Of a stretch of 64,000 bases of DNA, positions 1 to 11,373 are shown piece after piece; the stretch's first letter is position 1; every line of letters starts with the position of its first letter. The stretch is from positions 22,072,001-22,136,000 of the forward strand of contig CM120640.1 in NCBI GenBank assembly GCA_051362555.1, given 5' to 3'. The stretch comes from Lingula anatina. Lineage: Eukaryota > Animalia > Brachiopoda. The notes beneath the pieces were generated by a model. It worked only from the letters and a program-made list of their open reading frames with translations, had not been told where the DNA came from and did no database searches. The translations under genes and the position numbers were made by a program.

Positions 1-203
1 AGAATTAGGAATTTTAAAATCCGATTACATTTTGATGTCATTCACTTTGTAGGATAAAGTATGTACTTAACAAGTCATCAATGTATTACGAGAAAGTGTA
101 ATATTTACTGACAGATTTTGATCATTATATTAAAACTTAATTGGAAATGAAATTTATTGTAAATATATAAGCATTGATATCCTTTGTTTTAATTTTTTTC
201 CAG

Positions 204-1494
204 TATTCAACAAGGAGAAGCTATTAAGTTTTTATTAGATCATGGAGCCTCAGCCAATCCAGTCTATCCTGGGGGAAACACGTAAGTTAAATGTTGATAC
301 TTTCCACATTTTGTGACAAATACAACTTAATATCTCTACTGAAATCAGTGTGCACCCCTTCAGAGAGGTTGTTATATGTGAATATCAAATTTGAAGTTGT
401 TCATTTGACTAAGAGAATGCTGGCCTTGGTTTGATATTTGAATATCTTTTTCCGTTCAATTTCAGTGCCCTGCACTATGCTGCCAGTATGAGTCACTCCA
501 CAGAGATCCTGGAGTTGCTAATGGGTTATGGTGCCGAGGTGGATGCCCCTAACGAGGACCAAGCCACGCCTTTGTTCTTCTCCACTCAGTGCAACAACCA
601 GAGTGCAGCCAGTGTGCTCATTGAAAATGGAGCTAACTACCGGTGGAAAAATGCTCAAGGTACAGTGTTCAGTTATCACTTGAGAAAAAAGTGCAATTCT
701 TATGGTTTGCCTTAATAGATTGTCTTTAACTGCAAAAAGGAATTAATACCTTGGCTGCAAAACGGTTATCATATTAAATCTGAAATATATGTCACTTTTA
801 TTATACATTTTTGCAGGACTGACAGCTTTTGATTGCATCCTGGACTTTGATGATTGGGTTGAGTGTGGCTACTTCAATGATGAGATAAGAGCTAGACTCA
901 AAGGTAAATGATTAAAGTTAAACATTTAAATGCTATCAGTTTCCAATACCCCACACACAACATAATTCATATGCTTAGCTTGTTAACCTTGTCCAAGTCT
1001 ATCAGCATGAAATCAGCCAATTGAATTTTTTTTACATGTGTAATTATACCGTTTTTTAATCCAGATAAAATATTTCCATCACATTTTAGTCAGTGCAATT
1101 TTGAAAAAATGATTTTACCAAAAGGAAAAAAAGATAAATTAATCTAACCATAATATGGATTTCTTTTCTACTTGTAGCTTACAGTTTAAAACACACCAGA
1201 GATCTCATCCGTGCAATCAGCAAAAAGGTAAAGCATTCCGGTCCTATACGCCAACCACCACGCACTCCTGACCTCACGCGGCAGGCTTCCAACCTGAGTG
1301 GGCAAACACTGCTCCCTATCAGCAGAGGTTCCAATGCCCTTTGGTCAGCCAAGACCAGTGCATCTGCCACTACCCCGGCTGCCTCCCCGCGCCAGATTAC
1401 CTCCCAGCTCTCTCTGAGAAGCCAGTCCTCACCAGGTCTGCTGCCTCCTCTGAAGTCTGCAGGTTCAGCTGCTGTGAAGTCTGCAGGGTCCTGA
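204..1494 (+). CDS. Ankyrin-repeat protein, last four coding exons (approx. 204-281, 466-659, 819-903, 1178-1494); 5' part lies outside the window
   Basis: The spliced translation ...FLLDHGASANPVYPGGNTALHYAAS...ELLMGYGAEVDAPNEDQATPLFFS...VLIENGANYRWKNAQGLTAFD... matches the ankyrin consensus. GT-AG junctions keep frame. A Ser/Pro-rich tail ends at TGA 1492-1494. Confidence 0.85.
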
Positions 1495-2965
1495 TGATAT
1501 TCTGCGTGTGTTTTAGATAGAAGACTATAAGCAGCAAACAGTCCTACAAAATGCTGATGGGATCAAAGCAGAAAAGAAGTTGATTGCCTCATTTCTGTCT
1601 TGAAAAAAATTTGGACCTCTGTGAAATTGTTGCTCAGAGATCAGTACGAATTGAAAAGATCAATGTCATTATGAATGGATATTACAGTACAGGGGCTGTA
1701 CATGTATTTTATACCAAGACTATCAAGATTAACTATTTATAAGTATTTATATTTTTCAGTAGTTTTGCTGCTTGAAGTTGGCATTGCATGCACAATTTTA
1801 TTTACAACATATTGAATATTTTGACCATTTACTTATTCTGTGCCTTTTACAGTGAATGCCGATTGTGATATGCAACTTTTATGTCAAATTCATTGAACTG
1901 TTTTAGAATCATTTATTGTAAACATTACCCAGTAATGGCTCTGCGATATTGCAGGTTTTGTATACTATACCTTTCTTATAATATCTATTGTATATCTGCA
2001 TTTTGCTTATTTGTAAATAAAATTTTTAATTTGGAGATGGATACATATTGTGAATTTTTAAAAAAGTGTAGTAAATATATTCCTATTGCATTATCTAAAA
2101 AAATTTTTTTTAATGGAGAAAGGGCTCATTCAAAGTTTGAACATTATTTTTGGATGTCAAATTTTCTTGTTTTATTAAGGAGAAAATATGAAATAGCTAA
2201 CTGCCAACAGTGCTAAGAAAAACTTTCCAAAATGAAATTTATTTCTAAAAAATTGAAAACTGCCTGTAATACTTGTATTCTTAGCATGCAAAATCCATGT
2301 TTTACTTTAAATCACCAATTACTATTATTCAATGTTTATTACACAATTTATTTGGAGAAAGTATGTTAAAGTACTGAAAATGACTGATATTCTTTAAAAA
2401 TGTTTATTTACATAATGCAAGGGTTGAAATTCTAGTTACTTTTACAAGAAGACTTGTTCCTGGAATGCAAGTATAATTCTACACAAACTGCCCATAAGAC
2501 AATTAATTTTAAAATTTAATCATCAAGATTATGTTATTTAAAACTACGATCAAGAATAAAAACTATGACTAAAGGAAAACATCTTGTATAAAGCATATCA
2601 GTGGCTGAAATGCTTCCAAATGTGCATTTAATTTTACAGACATATGAGGTGAATGATAAGGTGTCATATCAAATTACACACCATTATCATTCAACTTAAT
2701 CGTACAATATTTTAAAAGATCAACCAATAAGCAGGCATGACACATCATTACCTCTAGAGTTAAAAGGTAACCTGAAACCTACTTAAATGTGCAATGGTTG
2801 CATGGATAAATTTAGATGTTGGGTCATCCAAAAAGTTTTGAAAATGCATCGTGAATAAGAAATGCTCAGACCATTGTACAAATGCCTCCCCGTTTGGTCT
2901 TTTTTTAGCAGATGACCTGCATTTGATTGATACTGATGGCTTGTCCTTTTCTGGTGTCATTTCCT

Positions 2966-5900
2966 TCAATACCTCCCCCTCCAGTTTCTGTTCCTTCCTC
3001 CTCTCCCTCTGAAGCCACCCCTTCCACGACCTGAAAAGGAAAAATAAAGCTAAAATCATGCTTGGCTTCGATTAAAAAACTTTCTCATAAGTGAATGCTC
3101 AACTTGGTTCTTCAATCACAAGGGACAGCTTTATACATGCTATAACCAAATATTCAATGTCAGATGTGACAAGTCTTTGGTTCAACATTTCGTACCTCTG
3201 TTTTGTGTAAAGGTTCCTGCCTTCTCACTGAATTTCCCACCGGGTGGGTGATACAGCACCCTGTCTGTGTGGCTGTGAGACTTCTTGGCTGCAACATCAC
3301 CATCACCCTGTGCTCCTCTCTTCTGGCTGAAAACAACAATGACATCATTTAGTTTAAAAAGAAATACAAGACTACTAATACACTGCATCAATGTCTTAGT
3401 TGTAATTATATAAAATCAACATTTTATTGACATTTAAAAAATACAACCCTGCCTTAAAATTATATGCTTGGACTAAGAAGTTAATTTTATATAATTAACA
3501 ATATTCATAACCATCTATAAAAAAAAAAAACTTTCCACCTGGTACCAGTCATCAACTTACCCTGCTGGGGATGTAGGTATAGCAGTAGGAGCTTTTTGCT
3601 GCAACACAGAAGAAATATACCAAGGTTAAAAGGTTCCACTGAAAATTTACAATCAGTTTTTTTTTAAATCTGATCAGCCTTTAATAACTTGTTAAAGAGA
3701 AATGTGGACTGACTCACCACTGGCTTCCACGAGAGGGATATGACTGCCTTGTATGAGGGTGGATTGTGGAACAGGTCTTTGATCAGGACATTAATATTGT
3801 TGGTTATCTTGAGAGCAGTCACTTTTAGTTTGCTCTGAAAAATCACATAAAAAAACTTTAAAATACAATGATTTGAAAAAAATGAAAAAAGGATAATTAG
3901 AGGCTATTTTGAACAGTAATATTCTATGATTTCCATGCCATACAATAGCTATATTTTATGACAATTAAAACACACATTTGGAAGGCTTCCAATAGTATTG
4001 ATATTTTACCTCCTCTGTCTTTAAAGCTTCTCCAGTTTTGCCTTGTAATGCCATTCTAAGCTGTTTTATATACACCTGGATACCCCTGGCAAAATACTGT
4101 AACCTGAAAATTGCATTCAACAGTGATGAAAACCAAAGCACACAATATAAGGTATTATCTTAAAACGTATTCAACCTCAGGAAATCTTAACCTAAACACC
4201 TCATCTCAAGAGACTTACTGAGAGCTAATTTCAAAAACATACTAATTTCTGTTCTGTTCGCTTGTGAAGATGTCATAGTAACTGTTTAAATATTTTTATC
4301 AACCTGAGTCTGAAATCTTTGAGTCTCTCTGCATTTTCTTCTCCAGTAAGAAACTGTGGCTCCTTTCTGGCTATCTGATGGAAGGCAAACATCAATGACT
4401 CCACATACGAGAACTCTAGCTTTGGTTGCTCACTTTCTGGTGTGTTCTCTCCATCTTCAGTCAAAGGGGGAAGAGGCATATATTCCTAGAATGAAATAAA
4501 AATCCAACATATAATTTGAGATTTAAATGGTAAACTAAATATCATAGTAAATTTCACAAAAATGTCATTTATAAATACAGATTTCTATACTGCTTGTTGT
4601 CTCCTTCCAATATCACCCTTCAGTATAAATAAATACTACAAAAGAAGTCCATTGCAATTAACAATAAGAATACCCTTTTTAACAATAACAATATTATTAA
4701 CTCACCAAAAGACAGTCATATAACTTTTCCAATCGCTCTGATAAATTTTCCATGTCTCCACAAGTGGTTGACATTTCAGCAAACACTTTGACAAGCTCCA
4801 GGCGGTAGTCAGTGTCATCATCATCAGGGCTTGCTGTCTCAGATAACTTGGGGAGCACTTTATCACAGAAATAAGCAACAAATTTGGTGGAGTGAACATT
4901 TTTCTGCAAATAAACAAAAAACATATTTCAAACTTATATTCAACAAAATTTACTGAAAAGACTGAACTACTCAACTTGTTATTGGCAAGTGTTCTCTCTA
5001 CTACAAATTGCCAATATTCCCAAATAATATAGTGAAACATGCATGTTTTTCTTATTGCACTATTCAACTTGATGAAGCACCTATCAGGACTTTTTTCATT
5101 TCAATTTTTCATTAATTTTGTTTCTTCTATGTAAATAAACTCTGATACCAATTGTTTGGTTTAAGTTACAATGTTTGGAATCTGAACTTCCATGTGCATA
5201 AATGGACCAACACAGCATCAATTATATCAGTAGTCAATAAGATTCCTTAACATGGGACCTGATGATGCCAAGTGGTCAATTGCCCATCTAAGTTAGTCCA
5301 GCATGTTCTTGGTCAAATTGTTTTAGAACAGTGGATACTCACAGAAAAGAATGGCAACCCTTGCTTTGTACACTGCAACAGTTTGTCCACACAGTCTACA
5401 TCTGTGCTCTAAAATACAAGAATAATGAATAAACATGAATTACAATCTTAAAATATTTGAGTTTGTCAAAAATATCTTAATTCGAATTAATTTAACAATC
5501 AATTAACCAAGAAACAAATGTTTGTTTTTCACACTTACACTAAACTCTCCATCTACTGACTCCATATCTGCCTGTTCCGTAATCAATTCCACTAACTGCT
5601 GTCTCCCCAGCACTGTCTGGCAACATTTCAAGACGGACAACATTTGCATAAAAGCAAGAAACTCATCCCCAGTTACATCCACTAAAACCTACAAAATAAT
5701 GATGTGAAAAGATGTAAAATCTGAAATCAACTCACCAACAACATAAAAATTAAATACTGAGATCTCTTTATAAGGAAAAAAGAAGCAAAAATTTACCTTT
5801 TTGCTTTCTTCTAAAACAAATTCTTCAACTTCTTTTGTCATGATTTCTTCGGGTATCTGCTTCACTTTATTCTGTAAAAACTTGATGGCTTTTTCCCGCA

Positions 5901-7344
5901 GCGTGTCTTCACCATTCAAGATCTGGGAGAATATGCCTTGGAAAGTACCTGGTAAATAAAATAAGGTATAATTATAGGTCGAGTTAAGAATTTGTTTGGA
6001 CATTTTCCTTATTAAGAATTTAACCAGGTTTATGTAATATAAATCTTCTATAAACTGCTCCAGTTAATATCCAAATCTTCATAATGCACAATGACATGAA
6101 TGGAATCAAAGACACAATTAAAGACTGGGCATAAAAATCCAAACACTTTAAAAACACCCAGTAAAAAATACAAGATCAATTCAATTACCTTTTGCATCAA
6201 AGCTGAAGAGATTCAATAGTGAAGAAGTCACTAGACTGAGTTCATTGGAATCTTCACTCTGTAGCAGCTGTGTGAGGACATCAGATATCCTGGGGACATG
6301 CTCTGGGTTACTCTTACACAGGGTAACCAGGTCCTTGATGGCTTGTTTTCTAATCTGAAATACAGAAAAAAACTAACACTTGCAGTTTGGTAACAGTCAC
6401 TTTACAGATGGTATTATACTGAAGACATAAGTAAAATTTACAAAATAAAAAGCATTGTTGTAATTAATCAGAGATTGTCAATATATATTGGCCTCACAAA
6501 TGCTTCACATAAATCAAATACAAAGGTTTAACATGGTACAAAGTTATTAAGATAAGCAAAATGTTCATACAGCTACATCCTCATCTTCACATAGATCCAG
6601 CTGTGCATCTATGGCCCTCTCAGACAGTTGTGGGAAGTACTTAAAGAATCTTGCCATGAACTGTGAAGCCAGACGCTTCTCACTGGAACCTCCATTCACC
6701 CCATTCAAGATAGAGAGATAGGCCTCTTCATGCTGAAAATGAAACATCAAATATCAATATTTTGTTTTTCGATTTCATCGAAATTTTCATAAATTCAACC
6801 AAAGTTACCAATTACTTTAATTTACTACGAGTAACCTGTATATTGCAAAATCGTAGTGTGAAGAATATAAATAGAACCAAAGATAGAACCAAAGCATGGT
6901 CATATATACATAATCATAAAATGCATTTCCATTCGCCCCTTTTCAATTTGTAAGTGAACATCAAATTCAGGGAAAGACAAGATCATTAAATTTAAACATG
7001 ACAGTGACTTGGATTCGGAATCATTTTCAAGACAGATCTAAGGATCAGCATACAAATTAACTATTTCCAAACAAAGTTTTATATGACCCTACAAAATCGT
7101 TTAAAGGGCATTGTCAATAATACTGATGTTTTTATATAGTACTTGTCCTGATCAGAGAGACTAGATAATTTAATTCTCATGATACATGTGATTTACTTGT
7201 AAATGAAGATACCATGAAAGAAAGCGTGAAAGATGTGCGTTAGACGTATTAGGAACTTCAGAAATCCAATATTACCTCTCCCGCTTTATCTTTTGCATCT
7301 GCAAGCACTCCAAAGTCCTTGTAAAGTTGTTCTATCGAGGTCAT
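2966..7344 (-). CDS. API5: Apoptosis inhibitor 5, multi-exon
   Basis: Exon 1 reads MTSIEQLYKDFGVLADAKDKAGE (7344-7276). Later exons read HEEAYLSILNGVNGGSSEKRLASQFMARFFKYFPQLSERAIDAQLDLCEDED, LEFSYVESLMFAFHQ, KVTALKITNNINVLIKDLFHNPPSYKAVISLSWK and YHPPGGKFS. The RG-rich last exon ends ...WRGRY* at 2966. Confidence 0.96.
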
Positions 7345-7427
7345 GTTTTTCAGATTTTGTACCTGATTTTTCACCACGCCGGTCACAAAGCAAAAAGCCG
7401 GCTACTTGTGTGTACACACATGAAAGC

Positions 7428-7522
7428 AATATGGCGGCTCGGGTACAGGGAAAACAAGGATTTTAACTCTCTCCCGTTGGTTAGGTTAGGGTAGGGTAGG
7501 GGGTAGGTGACAGGGTAGATGG
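7428..7522. promoter_or_regulatory. API5 upstream region with a YY1-like AATATGGCGGC and a G-tract cluster (potential G-quadruplex)
   Basis: AATATGGCGGC is at 7428-7438. GGTTAGGTTAGGGTAGGGTAGGGGGTAGGTGACAGGG is at ~7479-7515, about 135 bp upstream of the ATG. Local CpG content is visibly raised. Confidence 0.45.
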
Positions 7523-9217
7523 ATCAAGGTGTTGTTTGGAGTTTTGATAAATAACATTTCCATAATTTGCAAAAAGAAAATAAAATAATAAGTTGGTTAT
7601 AAAACATTTGCACATTAGCTTAACAGCAGTAACGTGTAGGCCCCATAGTTAACTAGGTTGCATGGAGAAAAATAAAATATTAGATTTTTACGTACACTGT
7701 AGTAACAGTAGATTTAAATGTACTAATTTGCTGTTATATTTTCGTTTCTAACATGAGGAGTTCGTGAAGAAGTCTCATTTTTTACAGCGCCGTCAAAAGG
7801 ATAATTACTTATTCAATTCGACGTTATTCGTAAGGCCCTATGCTGACAGCCTTTTTTTTATTTTTCAAAGTGTTAAAAAGTACAGATACAAGTAGGCCTA
7901 TTTTTCTATTATCTACAAAATATTTAGAAAATAAATATGTTTGTCTTTTTCTGTGTTTGTGTAACCTCGATGTTACTAAATACAGGCCTAATTTCCCAGT
8001 CCCAAATTTGAAATCTGAATAAGAAATTCTGTTAAGGGCATAAATAGCCTAAATAAACGCCCGCAAAAATTATTTGAAGTAACGATTCGTTCTGTTCATT
8101 AAAAGGTAATAAAAACAGCTTCATTCATGAGCATAAACACTTTTTGAAAGAAGTAAGAGCAAAAACAATTTTCCAGGTTAACGTTTATTTTCATTTGTTT
8201 CGCCTATTATCATTAGCATTGAATATATTGAGCGTTCCACACTGAATTTTAGGACAACGTCCCATCACGAAATCGATAGTAAATTCAATCACCTGAAAAC
8301 TTTTTTTATCAAGAATTATTCATGAAAATAATTTAGTTGTGATTTTTAATTTAACCATAGTAGCATATAATGCAACCCACATCGTTGGTGTGGTGGACTG
8401 TTAATTGGTCTGATTAATCAGTAAAAATTCGTGGTGAGACGATCTGATTCCCTGAATATGACGGAAAAATATACAAACTCTGAAGCATCCTACAACATAA
8501 ATCTACTAATAATGCGAGGTTAGTAGACCTACGTCCTAAAATCAGCGTGGCATTAGATAACCCTTATCATCCGATAACGTTTTTGCTGATCGCTACCCGG
8601 AGTCGCATCAAAATTTCACGTAGGCCCTATATCGGAGATAATACATGCATTGATTTATTCAACACCGGCCGGCACGAAATGCTTACGTGACGTCGACGTT
8701 CATCGAACGATCCAATACTATTTATCTGGGATCATTTTGTACTTTAAAAACGTGGCACGTTTTGCATGGATCCTTTAAAATTTCACTAAAATTTCAGCTA
8801 GAAATCTGATTAGATTTTGCGTATGAAGCATTTAACGGTCGTTTCCCCTCTCGTTCCACAAATAAATGTAGTGAGCGAAGAAAAAAATTCCATTCAAGCC
8901 GGGCTTACCTTTTAACAATGTTACTAGGGAAAACTTTCAATAAGATGTTGAATAAACTACAGAGCATGTAATAAGTTGCATTAATTTAGACAGGGTCGTC
9001 AAAACGAAGGTTTAACCAAACTGCCAGGGTATTTATGGCACATGAAACAATCATTTTTAAAAAGTTAATTGCAACAATTCTATTCTTGAATATATTCATT
9101 CTTTTCCTAAGCATTTATTACAAAAGGAAACAACCATATGTTTTTATATTTTATTTGAAAATGCATATTATATATTTGGTTACTTTTAGCAGAACAAGTT
9201 TGTAAAAAAACAACCAA

Positions 9218-9284
9218 TATCACAAGTAACACATCCACACCTAACTCCACAATTTAAGTCAGGTGCTTCATAAACACTTTGATA
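9218..9284 (-). promoter_or_regulatory. SECIS element in the SELENOM 3'UTR
   Basis: The minus strand reads TATCAAAGTG ttt ATGAA GCACCTGACT TAAATTGTGG AGTTAGGTGT GGAT gtgt TACTTGTGATA. This gives an AUGA...GA core, a 10-bp helix II, an apical loop with AAA, and helix I (TATCA-AAGTG / TACTT-G-TGATA). AATAAA follows downstream at ~9150-9155. Confidence 0.9.
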
Positions 9285-9919
9285 ATGGTACTTTTCTATA
9301 CTTCTTCATGCCAAATCAACCAATTGATGAGCAATAAATATAGAGATGTAGAATGCCTTTAGCCTTGTTTGTTACTGCAATGTATTCAGTTAAATGTGAA
9401 CTGTATTTTTTTTTTTTTTGCTGTACACATTCAATACAGGACATTTTTTATTCCGACTGCATCTTATCAATAATGTAAAACCTACTGCCTGCAGCACCGT
9501 GTCTGAAGAAAGAACGTTGAAAATACATTTATGCAACTTTTTCCTCCACTTCCAAAGCACTGTCCAAATAGTTATTTGCCAAGCATTTTAATTAGAATAT
9601 AAAAAACTAGACAATTCTGGGATCCAATTATTCACCCATAATGTAGTCATTATCAGTATATCAGGAAAAGATTTCTACATCATGCATGGCTAGTCATGCT
9701 AAACTGACCTTACTAAGATAACCTGCTGATAGTAAAAATAACAGGATATGCACTATGAGCAGTAATTTGTAATTTGTAATTCTGGACCTTAAAAATTTTT
9801 CTTAAAAATAGAAAATTCAAAATGACTATGAAGCTCTGATTAGATTGAACCACTCCTTAAAAATAGGTATTGTAAAAGTCTCTTTTGTATTTGCACAGCT
9901 TTTTTTTTTTTTAATCTTT

Positions 9920-11164
9920 CTATAACTCCTCTTTAGGCAATTTATATGGGCCTTCTAAAAACTCTTCAGGAACATCTTCATCCTTGTCAGATTTTTTATA
10001 GAAGCCCAAGTCTATTAAAAGCTGATTGCACTCTTCCCTATTGTATTTGCTGAGGTCAATTCGCTGAAAAAAAAAAAGAAAAAGAAATTTCAATGGATGC
10101 ATCGATTTGTGAACGACAAAAAAAAAAAAAACTATTTCTAATGAATATCTGATCTCTCATTGTCAACTAGAATAAAATTAGCTTTCTTTTCAGGTCAAAA
10201 TTTTAACATCAATATAAAAATGCAAATTTATGCTGGTGCTGTGGTACATTAACATGCCTAAGGGTTCACATATTTACGTGGCAAGGAAGAACTACTAAAA
10301 ATTGTGCTGGCAGACCAATTTCACAGAAAGATTTAGCGTTTCCCATTGAAATAAATTGTTATAATGCCTGTCCCAACTCCACTGTCAATGGTTTCAAATT
10401 CAAATCTTACCCTATACAGTAGTTAAATACCTACAAAAACTGATTTATTACTCAACCCAGCCTATTGTCACCCCTCACCTTGATGACTTCTCCTGCCTTG
10501 TTCAACAACAGTAGATCAGGTGGAGCACCTCCAACCTTCTTAAACTCTACATTATGGCTGCATGTTGTTAAGGAAAGCAGGGAAATTTCTTATTTTGAGG
10601 AAAAAATACTATCCAACCATTTATAAATTATATAATAAAAAAGAGCATTTTTAAAAATAACAGCATAGACATGCTGTTGTTTAAATTTGTCTGTAAGGAT
10701 ACAACAGAGGAATATCTTCAAAAATGAATTTCTTGACCTCTGGCAGTCTGTTCAATCGTCATCCAGCGCAGCTCTGAAACAAAACAAAAGCTTAGAACCA
10801 GCAGAAATAAATAAATAAACACATGACAGCAGGCAATTTTGATATAAACATATGTGCAGAACTAGATTTTTGTAAACAATTCAGACTAGAGGACTGTTAC
10901 TCTGCATTAAATGGTAAGAGGGTTGTCGGTACGCATGACGACCTTCTGGGGAGGGGGGGAGAAGAGACATGGTAATGCGAACGTGTAACCTCCTATAAAG
11001 GCTTAGTGCACAAACATGTCATACAGAGAAAGCAGTTTTAAATTAGCAAAAGCTACCTCAACACGTGCACTGGCAACTTCTTTGTCCTCTACATCTTCGT
11101 CTTTTTCAGTTTCAGCAAATATTGCGACAACCAAGATAAACAAGAGACAAACTTCCCTCCGCAT
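9920..11164 (-). CDS. SELENOM: Selenoprotein M (Sep15/SelM family), 4 exons: 11164-11057, 10773-10703, 10557-10479, 10063-9920; Sec UGA at 10759-10761
   Basis: Spliced product: MRREVCLLFILVVAIFAETEKDEDVEDKEVASARVE-SCAGURLNRLPEVKKFIFEDIPLFHNVEFKKVGGAPPDLLLLNKAGEVIK-RIDLSKYNREECNQLLIDLGFYKKSDKDEDVPEEFLEGPYKLPKEEL. It has a signal peptide, a CxxU motif, an ER-retention-like KEEL and a downstream SECIS. Confidence 0.95.
10558..10702 (-). other. U12-type (minor spliceosome) GT-AG intron, SELENOM intron 2, 145 nt
   Basis: The 5' splice site is GTATCCTTAC. The branch point TTCCTTAAC lies immediately before AACATGCAG, with no polypyrimidine tract. Splicing here restores the frame (...IPLF-HNVEF...). 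Confidence 0.9.
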
Positions 11165-11373
11165 CTTCCTCTGCCACGTTCAGTCTCGCAAAATCTCGAA
11201 CCACATGCTCCTTATTCTATTCAGGTCTAACAAATGTTTTGCAAAATTCACCCGCTAGAAGAAAGACTTGGTTTTTGAACAGTGATATTAATTGGAATAA
11301 TCATCGAATTTGGACATACACCGAAAATAAATAGTTTGTGTTGGTCACGTGACATTCATGCTGCATTTCCAAA
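11165..11373. promoter_or_regulatory. Bidirectional promoter between SELENOM and PRPF19, with E-box palindrome GTCACGTGAC (11344-11353)
   Basis: The divergent ATGs are only ~210 bp apart. The interval contains GTCACGTGAC, and a YY1-like AAAATGGCG overlaps the PRPF19 ATG. Confidence 0.7.

Noticed and set aside
2760-3059. 99-aa ORF as the API5 last exon
   Set aside because: The splice phase selects a different frame, giving GRGRGGFRG...WRGRY* ending at 2966.
9620-9700. ATGA-containing hairpin nearer the SELENOM stop as an alternative SECIS
   Set aside because: It lacks the 3' GA of the core quartet and a correctly placed apical AA. The element at 9218-9284 fits fully.
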